NCBI GenBank assembly: GCA_963718525.1
Contig: OY970355.1
Span: 769,730 to 833,729 of the forward strand
Reading direction: 5' to 3'
From: Candidatus Dormiibacterota bacterium
GTDB taxonomy: Bacteria; Chloroflexota; Dormibacteria; Aeolococcales; Aeolococcaceae
Length of the DNA stretch: 64,000 bases
A program made the position numbers and the translations under genes. Positions 8,664 to 17,540 of the stretch are shown in pieces. Within the stretch, counting starts at the first letter, position 1. Each line of letters opens with the position of its first letter. The notes under the pieces were generated by a model. It searched no databases and was not told the DNA's origin. It was given only the letters and a program-made list of their open reading frames with translations.

Positions 8664-8939
8664 ATGGGGAAACATGATCCGGAGGCATTCCAGGAGCTCT
8701 TCGACGCGGAGCCCTCGGAGGCCTCGCAGGATGACGCCGTCGCGTGGGTGGACCTGTACCGGCGGCTGATCGCGATGATGGAACGGCAGCTCGACGAGAC
8801 CCGGGCATTCGCGGCGAGCGTCCCGGACGCGGTGAGGGAATACCTCGGTCGCGAGAACATCACCATCCTCGAGGAGGAGATCGAGATCTTCCGACGCAGG
8901 CTGAGTCACTGGACGAACACCGGCAAGGGGCAGTCATGA
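8664..8939 (+). CDS. Hypothetical small protein, paralog A (91 aa)
   Basis: ATG 8664 is preceded by GGGAGGG (8651-8657). It shares the motifs DDAV-W---Y--L and F-RRL--W with the next ORF. Confidence 0.55.
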   Translation: MGKHDPEAFQELFDAEPSEASQDDAVAWVDLYRRLIAMMERQLDETRAFAASVPDAVREYLGRENITILEEEIEIFRRRLSHWTNTGKGQS

Positions 8940-9304
8940 CGGAGCTTCCGCCGCAGCGAGATCAGGGCAACAACCCGGACAAGACCGCCCCGGACGCCGA
9001 GGTGGCGGCGCTCGAGCAGGTGCAGCCGGATCGGTTGCTCGAGGGTGAGGACGAGAGCACCCAGCACGTCGACGACGCCGTCCACTGGCTCAAGGTCTAC
9101 ATGGAGTTACTCGAATTCAAGCGCTCCGTTCTTGCGACAGCGGAGGAGCACGTCGGCACGATGGATCCCGACGCCGGCGCGGAGGTGCAGAAGACCGACC
9201 TCAAAGCCCTCCATGCGGAGACCCTGCGATTCGAGCGGCGCCTGGTGTACTGGCGCGGGAGGGTCGCGGCTCTGCAGGACCAGGCCGGAACGAGCAACGG
9301 CTGA
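8936..9304 (+). CDS. Hypothetical small protein, paralog B (122 aa)
   Basis: Its ATG overlaps the stop of paralog A (ATGA 8936-8939). DDAVHWLKVYMELL and TLRFERRLVYW parallel DDAVAWVDLYRRLI and IEIFRRRLSHW of paralog A. Confidence 0.55.
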   Translation: MTELPPQRDQGNNPDKTAPDAEVAALEQVQPDRLLEGEDESTQHVDDAVHWLKVYMELLEFKRSVLATAEEHVGTMDPDAGAEVQKTDLKALHAETLRFERRLVYWRGRVAALQDQAGTSNG

Positions 9305-9316
9305 TTCGCCACGCCC

Positions 9317-9913
9317 TCAACTGTTCGGGAGGCCGTTCCAGCTGAGCAGCGCGGTCCAGTCGTTCTCGAACCCGAGCGTCGACGGAGAAGCCGTCGCGAG
9401 GTGCAGGTGCTGCGCAGCCACAGCCGGGAATTCGAGCCACAGCGCCGTGAGGACGCGCAGCTGGTGGCCGTGGCCGAAAAGGAGCACGTCGCCGTCGGTT
9501 GACAGCACTCGCTGAATCACCCGTGCGGCACGGGCGGCGACGTCGTCGATCGTCTCGCCGCCGATGACGCCGTCATCAAACAGATTCCAGCCGGGTCGCT
9601 CCCGCTGAATCTCCGCGCTGGTCTGCCCTTCGTATTCGCCGTAGTCCCACTCGATGAGATCGGGATCGACCACGGCGCGCTCGCCAAACCCGGCGAGCTC
9701 GCAGGTCTGCCTCGCGCGCTGCAGCGGGCTCACGAAGACCGCCGCGAACGCACGACCGGCGAGGCGGGCGACCAGCGCCTGCGCCTGCCGGCGTCCCTCC
9801 GCGGTGAGCGGGAGATCGGTGCGCCCGGTGTGGCGCTTCTCCAGGCTCCATTCGGTCTCCCCGTGGCGTACGACAACGATCCGCTGCGAGGTGTTGGGCC
9901 GGCGAGCTTCCAT
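9317..9913 (-). CDS. Histidine phosphatase (phosphoglycerate mutase-like) family protein
   Basis: 198 aa. The catalytic RHGET motif occurs in VVVRHGETEW, and LFGHGHQLR lies downstream. Confidence 0.85.
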   Translation of the reverse strand: MEARRPNTSQRIVVVRHGETEWSLEKRHTGRTDLPLTAEGRRQAQALVARLAGRAFAAVFVSPLQRARQTCELAGFGERAVVDPDLIEWDYGEYEGQTSAEIQRERPGWNLFDDGVIGGETIDDVAARAARVIQRVLSTDGDVLLFGHGHQLRVLTALWLEFPAVAAQHLHLATASPSTLGFENDWTALLSWNGLPNS

Positions 9914-9924
9914 GAGGCGCGACT

Positions 9925-10776
9925 CTAGCCGGAGCGCTCTGGATCCGCGGGGTCAAACTCCGGCTCGGTGCCGACGACACGCCAGAGGCGTTCAGCGACC
10001 GCGGCGGTGATCGCGTCCGGGTCCTGCGCGCGCTGGTCCACCCAGAAGTGGCAGCGCAACAGCGGTACCTCGCGGTCGAGCGTCGGCTCGAAGACGACCG
10101 CGGGCTTGGCCTCGATCCCCGGCACCTCCCCGATCGCAGCTCGTGCGCGGCGCGTCAGCTCCTCGAGATCGACCGCCGCGGGGATCCGGACACCGACGGT
10201 GAGCCGGCGGGTGTCGTAGTGGGTCGTGTTGATCACGATCCCGGTGAACACGGTGAGGTTCGGCAGAATCGCGAGCTCGCCGACGCCGGTGCGGAGGGTC
10301 GTGGTGCGCAACGTGATGTTCTGCACGGCCCCGGTCTGATCCATGACGGTGATCGTGTCGCCGAGCCGGAAGGGCTGTTCGAGCAGCAGCCAGATTCCGG
10401 CGAGCACGTTGCGCAGCAGGTCCTGGAATGCCAGGCCGATCGCAACGGTCCCGAGACCAGCGGCTGTGAGGATCACTGCGACGTTGACGCCGTAGACCAC
10501 CAGCGCGCTGATCACTGCGACGACGTAGGTGGTGACCGTGATCAGGTTGCGGACGAGCGTCCGCACTTGCCGGTCCGCTTTGCCCCGGCGCATCGCCCAG
10601 AGCACGAGCATTCGTGTCAGACGGCCGACGAGGTAAAGGATGACGAAGATCGCGATCGCGGCGAGCAGATGCTCCACGAGCGGTCCGACAAGCCCGCTCT
10701 GATCGTGTGCCTGGATCGACCTGCAGACGAAGTCGAACCAGTTGCTCGAGTCGCACGCCTGGGCCGTGGCGATCAT
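9925..10776 (-). CDS. Mechanosensitive ion channel (MscS family)
   Basis: 283 aa. Three N-terminal TM helices, then LAFQDLLRNVLAGIWLLLEQPFRLGDTITV, the typical MscS pore/beta-domain junction. Confidence 0.85.
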   Translation of the reverse strand: MIATAQACDSSNWFDFVCRSIQAHDQSGLVGPLVEHLLAAIAIFVILYLVGRLTRMLVLWAMRRGKADRQVRTLVRNLITVTTYVVAVISALVVYGVNVAVILTAAGLGTVAIGLAFQDLLRNVLAGIWLLLEQPFRLGDTITVMDQTGAVQNITLRTTTLRTGVGELAILPNLTVFTGIVINTTHYDTRRLTVGVRIPAAVDLEELTRRARAAIGEVPGIEAKPAVVFEPTLDREVPLLRCHFWVDQRAQDPDAITAAVAERLWRVVGTEPEFDPADPERSG

Positions 10777-11492
10777 GGTCGCGCCGTACGCGTGTCAGGC
10801 CACACGGCGAGCGGAGTCGAAGCCGAAGCCGCTAGGACGAACTCGGTGTCGTCGCCGGCGCCCTCGGCAGCCTCGGCCTCGCCCTCGGCGGGCACAGCCT
10901 CCGCCTCCTCGGCCTCGGCGGCAACGCGAACCTGCGCGACCTTGAGGACGAGCTCGTCGGGGTCGACGCCGGTTGCGAGCGTCACCCGTTCTGGAAGCGG
11001 CACCTCGGCGAGCCGGATGCCCTGGTCGATCTCGGTCAGCCCGGAGATGTCGACGTTCAGCTGGGCGGGAATGTCTCCCGGCATGCACTCGACCTTGACC
11101 GACGTGATGATCTGCTGGAGCACGCCCAGCTTCAGCTCTGTCACCGCCGGCGATTCGCCGATCGGGATCAGCGGGATCTCAACGGTCAGCTTCTCGCGGA
11201 GGTTCACCGCGAACAGATCGACGTGCATCAGCTGGGTGGTGCGCGGATTGACCTGCAGCTCGCGGATCAGCACCTTGCGAGCGCGCCCGCCGTCGAGCGC
11301 GAGGTCGACGAGGTGGCTGTGGCCGGCATGGTGCCAGACGCGCTGAAGGCTGCGCGCCTCGATCGAGAGCGGCATCGGCTCGACGTTGTGCCCGTAGAGG
11401 ACAGCGGGCACCTCGCCACGGCGCCTGACGGCGTGGACGTGACGGCCTGTCTCCGTACGGTGGGACGCGCTGAGTTCGAGGGAAGCTGCCAT
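10773..11492 (-). CDS. rplY: 50S ribosomal protein L25 / general stress protein Ctc
   Basis: 239 aa. RRRGEVPAVLYGHNVEP and HLVDLALDGG are typical of the L25/Ctc N- and C-domains. Acidic Ala/Glu-rich tail. The stop overlaps the mscS start (ATGA 10773-10776). Confidence 0.9.
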   Translation of the reverse strand: MAASLELSASHRTETGRHVHAVRRRGEVPAVLYGHNVEPMPLSIEARSLQRVWHHAGHSHLVDLALDGGRARKVLIRELQVNPRTTQLMHVDLFAVNLREKLTVEIPLIPIGESPAVTELKLGVLQQIITSVKVECMPGDIPAQLNVDISGLTEIDQGIRLAEVPLPERVTLATGVDPDELVLKVAQVRVAAEAEEAEAVPAEGEAEAAEGAGDDTEFVLAASASTPLAVWPDTRTARP

Positions 11493-11502
11493 CTCTGCCC
11501 GG

Positions 11503-12090
11503 TTACTCTACCGGCTCGGCAGTCGCTGCCGAATTCACAGCTGCGGCGATCGCCTCCAGGGCAGCATCGACGGTGCCATCTCCGCGGGCGGGTTTCGCAT
11601 CGGGGTCGGCCGACGCGGGGGTCTCCGGCCAGGCTGCTGAGGCCGCCGCGATGAGCCGCCTGGCGGCCGTCGGGCTCCCGTCGGGGAGGACGAAGTATGG
11701 CCACGCCACGTCGGACACCTCCTCGCCATCGCCGGGTGCAGCGAGGATCTCGAGCGCCCGGTCCAGCGCCGCGCGACGGACGTCGGTGGCACCCGCCTCG
11801 ACCTCGGCATGCACGGCATCGTGGAGGCGCAGCGACGTTGCGGCGATGTCGGTCTCGCGGCGGCGCGGTGGCCCGGTCTCCTCAGCGCCGTGGAGCATGA
11901 AGATGCCCCCGTTCCAGACGGTCCGCCACGTCTCCTCGCCGTCGCCCCGGATCACCCTGCAGACCTCTTCGCCGCCGCTCACGTCCAGCCATGCCTGACG
12001 GGCGCCGTTGCCGCGCAGGAAGGTCAACCAGAGGTCCAGGCTGTCGCCGATCGGTTCGAACGCCTGCCCGTCCACCCAGACGTACGACAT
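11503..12090 (-). CDS. Hypothetical protein (195 aa)
   Basis: Uninterrupted ORF between recognisable genes. No family recognised. Confidence 0.45.
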   Translation of the reverse strand: MSYVWVDGQAFEPIGDSLDLWLTFLRGNGARQAWLDVSGGEEVCRVIRGDGEETWRTVWNGGIFMLHGAEETGPPRRRETDIAATSLRLHDAVHAEVEAGATDVRRAALDRALEILAAPGDGEEVSDVAWPYFVLPDGSPTAARRLIAAASAAWPETPASADPDAKPARGDGTVDAALEAIAAAVNSAATAEPVE

Positions 12091-12209
12091 CTTGCGGAAC
12101 GCTGCGAACGCCGGGTGCCGCGGCGCCGCGTCCGCCCTCGCGTCTCCCGGGTCACTGACGAACCGCCCAGCGCGTGCCGACGCGACCGCGAGGCAGAGCA
12201 GCCCGGGGG

Positions 12210-12641
12210 TCAGGCCGCCGCCCCCGCGCCGAAACGCCCCTTGACGTAGGAGACGGCCTCGTCGAGCGAGGTGCCGGGGGTGAACACCTTGTCGACCCCG
12301 AGCTGCTCGAGCGCGGTGACGTCGGAGTCGGGGATGATCCCGCCGCCGAAGACGACGATATCGGCCGCATCGCGCTCCTTGAGGAGACGGATGATCTCCG
12401 GGAACAGGGTCATGTGCGCGCCACTGAGCAGGCTGATGCCGATCCCGTCGACGTCCTCCTGGATCGCCGCTTCGACCACCATGGCCGGCGTCTGGTGCAA
12501 CCCGGTGTAGATCACCTCGACACCGGCGTCGCGGAGCGCCCGGGAGATCACCTTGACGCCGCGGTCGTGGCCGTCGAGTCCGACCTTGGCGGTGAGAATT
12601 CTGATCTTGCGTGCGGTCGCCGGAGCGGCGGTGGCGTCCAT
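12210..12641 (-). CDS. Stand-alone cobalamin-binding domain protein (methylmalonyl-CoA mutase C-terminal / small-subunit type)
   Basis: 143 aa. KVGLDGHDRGVKV carries the DxHxxG B12-binding motif, followed by GISLLSGAH and VFGGGIIP, typical of MCM-type B12 domains. Confidence 0.85.
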   Translation of the reverse strand: MDATAAPATARKIRILTAKVGLDGHDRGVKVISRALRDAGVEVIYTGLHQTPAMVVEAAIQEDVDGIGISLLSGAHMTLFPEIIRLLKERDAADIVVFGGGIIPDSDVTALEQLGVDKVFTPGTSLDEAVSYVKGRFGAGAAA

Positions 12642-12684
12642 CTAGCTTTGATGTTAGTGCTTGGGCGGGTGAACTTCGATGCGT

Positions 12685-13431
12685 TCAGCCGCTCTGGGGC
12701 ACGTCATCCGGGTCCGGCATCGCGGCGACCGCGGCTTCGGCGAGGCGGCGGGCGACGGTGAGCGCGCGATCGGCATGGGGCAGGTGGTCCCGGTCGACGC
12801 TCGCAACGGCGGCGAGGCCGTCGCGCGCGCCCACCAGCGCGCCGGCGAGGCTGGCTGCGACCGCCGTGCCGGAGGCTGCCGCGGCGAGCACATCATCGAA
12901 TGGGTTCTCGGTTGCGAGTGCGCAGATCGCGCGCTGGAGGGTCAGACCAGGGTCTGGATCCGAGACGTCCATCGGCGGGCCGCCCTCGACCACGCGGAGC
13001 CGGTCGAGCAGCGCCATCGGCGCGTCCTCGAGCAGCGATTGGCGGACGCGGATGAGCGACGTGGCGAGGTCGAATCGAAGCAGATCGGCGATCAGCAGGG
13101 CGGCCGCGACCGCGGTCACGGCGGTGCCCTCATCTGCGCCCGCCATGGCGACGCAGCGGTACGCGTCGCGGCGCAGCCGGGGCCGGTCAAGCGGGCTGAG
13201 CAGCCCGAAGGGAAGTGCGCGGAGGAGCAGGCCGGCGGCGCCCGCCCGTGACGGGCGCTCGAGCCCGCGCTGGCGCAGATCGGCGTCGTCGAAGCCGCCG
13301 CAGGCAGCCGCCGACTCGGCGACGCCGACCAGGTCGGCGGTGCCGGCCGCGGTCCCGGCAGCGTGTTCACCGGCAAGAGCGCCGATGAAGCTCGCCTCGA
13401 TCCGCCCGGGGAGATCGTCGATCAGCGTCAT
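12685..13431 (-). CDS. Hypothetical protein with weak ADP-ribosylglycohydrolase-like features (possibly degenerate)
   Basis: The ORF-track entry 12685..13902 has an Arg/Ser/Pro-rich first 157 aa and overlaps the neighbouring gene. From ATG 13431 the protein reads MTLIDDLPGRIEASFIGALAGEHAAG...ASGTAVAASLAGALVGARDG. This loosely parallels the N- and C-terminal ARH motifs but lacks the acidic metal ligands. Confidence 0.35.
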   Translation of the reverse strand: MTLIDDLPGRIEASFIGALAGEHAAGTAAGTADLVGVAESAAACGGFDDADLRQRGLERPSRAGAAGLLLRALPFGLLSPLDRPRLRRDAYRCVAMAGADEGTAVTAVAAALLIADLLRFDLATSLIRVRQSLLEDAPMALLDRLRVVEGGPPMDVSDPDPGLTLQRAICALATENPFDDVLAAAASGTAVAASLAGALVGARDGLAAVASVDRDHLPHADRALTVARRLAEAAVAAMPDPDDVPQSG

Positions 13432-13807
13432 CAGCGGAACGCTATCCTGTCCAACGATGCCGACGTCGGAACGCGCTGCCGCCGCCGTCCGTGCGATCGC
13501 GAGCAGTGCCGTACTGCGCGCGGCCCCCGGGCTCCTCGGCCAGAGCCGCTGGCGCGGCCCGCGACCTGCCGCCGTTCGCATCGAGCGAAGCCGGGTGCAC
13601 GGCGACGACGGCGTGGTTGCGGACCAGACCGCCCTGACGCTCTGGTTCGGCGAAGGCCCGTCACTCTCGGGCGTGTCCGTTCGTGGCCGAGCGACACGGG
13701 TCGCGGTGAGGACGCTCGCCGGCGTGGTCGCGACAGTGGCGATCGGCGCTGCCAGCGCGTTCGTCGCCCGCCAGGAGGCGAGCCGGCTCGGAAGTGGCCC
13801 CCGCCTC

Positions 13808-14638
13808 CTACTCCGCGAGCCAGGGAAGGACAGCGGGTCCTGAGATCCGCGACCGGCGGGACACGGCGCGGACATCGTGTCCATCGGTGACCACGACCTC
13901 ACGCGAACAGGGATTCATCGCCTCACGCCACTCCCGGAGCACCCGGCGCTGAAACCGATCCGCTGAGGGCAGCGAGGCAGGCAGCGCGAGGACGACGCCC
14001 CGGTCGGGGACGCCGAGGAGCACGTCGCCGCCCGCGCGCTCGGTCAATGCCGCGAGCACGCGAGGCGCCAGGAGCAGGCTGCCCTGGAACAGCGCATCCG
14101 AGGCGACGCGCCACCCGTCGGCGGGAATGCGATCCGTCCGCGCGATGCGTTCGACCAGCGGATCGAAACGCTCGGCGGTGTTGGCGGTGGCGATGCGCTG
14201 CACGTCCTCGTCGGTCAGACCGGCGGACGTCCATTCGTTGCGAGGGACACCGCGCATGATCGACCCGGGAAGCTCTTCGGCGACGAATGCAGTCATGTCG
14301 GCCGCGACCGGAGCACGAAGCAGATCGCCCACACGACCGTGACTCCCGAGAAAGCGGTCGTTGCGCACACACCAGAGCAACCGCGACATCGACAGCGTCG
14401 TCGCAGGCTGCGGAGTCAGTTGGTGTTCGACTGATGCCACGTACTCACCGATGAGTGCGGCCACCTTCTCGGGCTGGCGTTCGCACGCGTGGTGGAGCGG
14501 CGCAAGCGGCAGCATCACGTCGAGTCCCGAGCCGGTGACATGCAGCGCGAAACGCCCGGCGTCCACCTGGACATTCGCGCTGCGATAGCGCGAGGTGAGC
14601 TGCAGGCGGATCCGCTCCGCGAAGGCAGCGCGATCCAT
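13808..14638 (-). CDS. Hypothetical protein (276 aa)
   Basis: Long ORF with ordinary amino-acid composition. No family confidently recognised. Confidence 0.5.
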   Translation of the reverse strand: MDRAAFAERIRLQLTSRYRSANVQVDAGRFALHVTGSGLDVMLPLAPLHHACERQPEKVAALIGEYVASVEHQLTPQPATTLSMSRLLWCVRNDRFLGSHGRVGDLLRAPVAADMTAFVAEELPGSIMRGVPRNEWTSAGLTDEDVQRIATANTAERFDPLVERIARTDRIPADGWRVASDALFQGSLLLAPRVLAALTERAGGDVLLGVPDRGVVLALPASLPSADRFQRRVLREWREAMNPCSREVVVTDGHDVRAVSRRSRISGPAVLPWLAE

Positions 14639-14644
14639 GCGGCT

Positions 14645-15379
14645 CTACTGGGTTGCCGCGGCGAGCCGGGATCGCAGCAGCGTGATCAGCGATTCGTCGC
14701 CGCGGTGCGTGAGCCCCTCGCCGGGGACGCGTCCCCACAGCCACAGGAACAGCTCGCCTGGGTCGCCGGACAGCGTCGCATTGGGAGATGTCCTGCGCCC
14801 GGGAGTGACCGCGGTGCGCGTGCTCTCGAGCACCACCGACCAGGACGCATCGCCGGCAAGCACTTCGACAGTCCCCGTGCTCGGAGCAGCGGTGCCATCC
14901 TCCTCGTCCCCGGCCAGCATGACCGTCAGCACTTCGTCGATGCCATCGATAGCGAGCATGGCGTCAATCGCGCTCGGTGGCCCGAACTGCGCCTCGACGT
15001 CGACGCGATGAACGACGGTTTCCAGCGCCATGCGCCGGTACCAGAACCCGACGGTCTGGTCGGGCTCCCACCACGACCACGCGTGATCCTTCGGCGAGTG
15101 CGCGGCGAGCTCCGCCAGCAATTTCGCATGCTCATCGCCAAACCATTCGACCGTGTCCTTGCCGTATGGCTCATCGGTGACCCACTCACCCTCGTTCGGC
15201 TCGCGCCCGAGCCGCATGGCCATGACCTTGTGGTCATACACCTTCGCCAGATGCGCGACCACCTCGCGCACATCCCACGGCGGACACACCGGCACAGGAC
15301 GATCCAATCCACGCGGTGCCACCGCGGCAATCAGGTCGCCTTCCGCCCGAATGTGATTGAGATACCCCCTGAACTCCAC
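14645..15379 (-). CDS. Maleylpyruvate isomerase-family (DinB/MDMPI_N) mycothiol-dependent enzyme-like protein
   Basis: 244 aa. N-terminal VPVCPPWDVREVVAHLAKV and internal RRMALETVVHRVD match the TIGR03083-type DinB fold as I recall it. Confidence 0.75.
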   Translation of the reverse strand: MEFRGYLNHIRAEGDLIAAVAPRGLDRPVPVCPPWDVREVVAHLAKVYDHKVMAMRLGREPNEGEWVTDEPYGKDTVEWFGDEHAKLLAELAAHSPKDHAWSWWEPDQTVGFWYRRMALETVVHRVDVEAQFGPPSAIDAMLAIDGIDEVLTVMLAGDEEDGTAAPSTGTVEVLAGDASWSVVLESTRTAVTPGRRTSPNATLSGDPGELFLWLWGRVPGEGLTHRGDESLITLLRSRLAAATQ

Positions 15380-15383
15380 CCGT

Positions 15384-17540
15384 CTACGCCGCTCCTCGCT
15401 TCGAGCTCACGTAGTCGACGAGGACGTAGTCCCCCAGCCGATCCGGGCTGATGAAGAACGCGCGACCGCGGTTGAGCCGGGTCATCTGGTTCACGAATTG
15501 CACGAGGTGATGATTCGACTCCAGCATGAACGTGTTGATGACGATGTTTTCGCGCGTGCACCGCTTCACCTCGAGCAACGTCTTGTGAAACGTCTCGGGC
15601 AGCGGCGGATAGAAGAACACCGGACGCCCATTCTCGATATGCGCCGTCGGCTCCCCGTCACTCACGATGATGATCTGTTTGTTCTCTCCCGGATCCCTCG
15701 CCAGCAACCGCCGGGCCAGCATCAACCCATGCTGCATGTTGGTGCCATACACATACTCATTCACCGACAGATGCGGCAACGCAGCCGGCTTGATCTCCCG
15801 CGCCAGATCACTGAACCCAATGATGTGCAAGGTATCCCTGGGATACGCGCTGCGTATCAACGAATCCAGCGCCAACGCCACCTTCTTCGCAGCATAAAAA
15901 TATCCCCGCAGCGGCATCGATCAACTCATATCAAGCATCAACACCGTAGCCGACCGCGTCAGCGTATCGGACCGATGCACGACAAAGTCCTCTGGCAAGA
16001 GCCGAGGCACAGAACGCCGCGAAGCTCGCTGAGCGAAGGCTGGTGGGGATTCTGGCGGAGGCTGAATAGTCCGGTTTGAAGCCGGAGCCGGAATCCCCGC
16101 CGGCCGTGTGTCACGCTGATCGAAATCGCGGTCGTTGGCATCGGCTTCGCGCCGTACCGCGTTCATGAGCGTTTCCCTGACGTCGAGGTCGAACACGTCC
16201 CCGAATTCGTATGGCTTGGTGTCCTCCTCGCGGTCTCCGCCCTGTCCGTGCCGCGACACGGGATGGTCCCCGAAACGATCGCGACGCAGCCGCGCGAAGA
16301 GATCGCCGAGCGCCTTCTGTCCGATGCGCCGCAGGCCCCGTGCGGTGAGCCGCATGCCTTCCTCGTCGCGCTCGACGAGCCCACGCTGTTCGAGCTGATC
16401 GGTCATGCGCTGGAGGCGCGCGAGATCGCGTGCCGCGTTGTCACCGAGCACGTCACGCAGTGCTTCCTCTGTGGCGCTGTCGAGGGGTTCGCCGCGGTAC
16501 ATCCCACGCAGCCCGCGCTCCAGCTCCTCGATGGATTGCAGGCGATCCATGACGCCCATCGCCTCGTCGAAGGGAAGCTGTTCGTTGCCGAAGAAGGAAT
16601 ATCGCTGGCCGAGGTGACGGCGATCGGAGAGGAGCTCGAGTCCGCTCATCAGCTCGGCAAGCTGCGCCTGCAGCTCAGGGTCGCCGAACGTCGCCGAGAT
16701 CATCTCCTCCAGCTGGCTGCGCATCTCCGGTGACAGCGACTGCATGAGCGAGTCCATGCGTGCCATCTGGGCGGCGAGCTGCGCGAGGAACTCGTCGAAG
16801 GTTGCGGGCGCGTCGGGAAACATCGAGCCCCACTTCTTCAGGAAGTCCTCGTAGTTGTGCTGGAGCTGCGCTTCGGGGACGCCCTCGAGCTTCTGGCGCA
16901 CCAAGGCGTTGAGGTCGCGCGCCATCTCGCGCAGAGCGCTGACGTGCTGTTGCGACATCTGACCCATCTGCTCGGCCATCTGCTTGAAGTACGTGTTGAC
17001 GACGTTCTGCTTGATCTCCTCGACCAGTTTCTGAAACGCCTGCTCGGCGCGCTGGTCCATGAACTCATAGCCCTGCAGCTCGCGGATCACCCCGCCCGGT
17101 TCCTGGGGCAGATTGTTGAGATGCTCGCGGCGTTTCTTCGCCACACGCTCGAGAATCCGCTTCGCACTGCCGTCGGTTGCGTTCTTGACCCGCTCGTCAA
17201 TCCCCTGGCGCTCGAGGCGAAGCACGTTGTCGAGCTTTTCCTCGATGTCCTTGAAGACGTTGTCGAGGCTGTAGCGCTCGAGCTGTTTCTGACGCTGCTT
17301 GCGCAAACGCTCCATCAACTCCTCGAGCCCCGCGAACTTGCGTCCGTCACGGTCGCGCCAGCCCTGGCTGAGCAGGCGGCGCAATGCCGTCTCGAAATCC
17401 CACCCGTGGAAGACGTCTTCGCTCAGCCGGTCGAAGAGCGCGTCTGCCTCATCGCCGAGTGGATCCTGAGAACCGTCCCAGATGCTGAAGCGGTGCTGGC
17501 GGGGGTTTCGCCGCGGCGCCGCGAGCGGTTCATCCTCCAT
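15384..17540 (-). pseudogene. Large VWA-domain protein (partner of the ChlI-like ATPase) interrupted by one in-frame TGA. Either a pseudogene, a readthrough gene or a base error.
   Basis: ORFs 15921..17540 (real start ATG 17540, MEDEPLAAP...) and 15384..15917 are in the same frame, separated only by TGA 15921-15923 and one Ser codon. The junction reads VLMLDMS-*-SMPLRG, a MIDAS DxSxS motif with the stop at the x (usually Gly) position. The rest of the VWA fold follows (IIIVSDGEPT). Confidence 0.75.

Noticed and set aside
10800-10930. Imperfect GCCTCG-type tandem repeats near 10.8-10.9 kb, and a Pro/Thr-rich repeat near 60.88-60.96 kb.
   Set aside because: Both lie inside coding regions and simply encode low-complexity protein segments: the Ala/Glu-rich tail of L25/Ctc, and the Pro/Thr/Ser/Ala linker of the putative anti-sigma protein.
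15921-15923. Genome-wide reassignment of TGA (to Gly or Trp) as the explanation for the in-frame TGA in the VWA gene.
   Set aside because: TGA clearly functions as a stop throughout the window. Many well-delimited genes end in TGA, including all the ATGA and GTGA overlaps. The high GC content is also unlike known TGA-recoding lineages.
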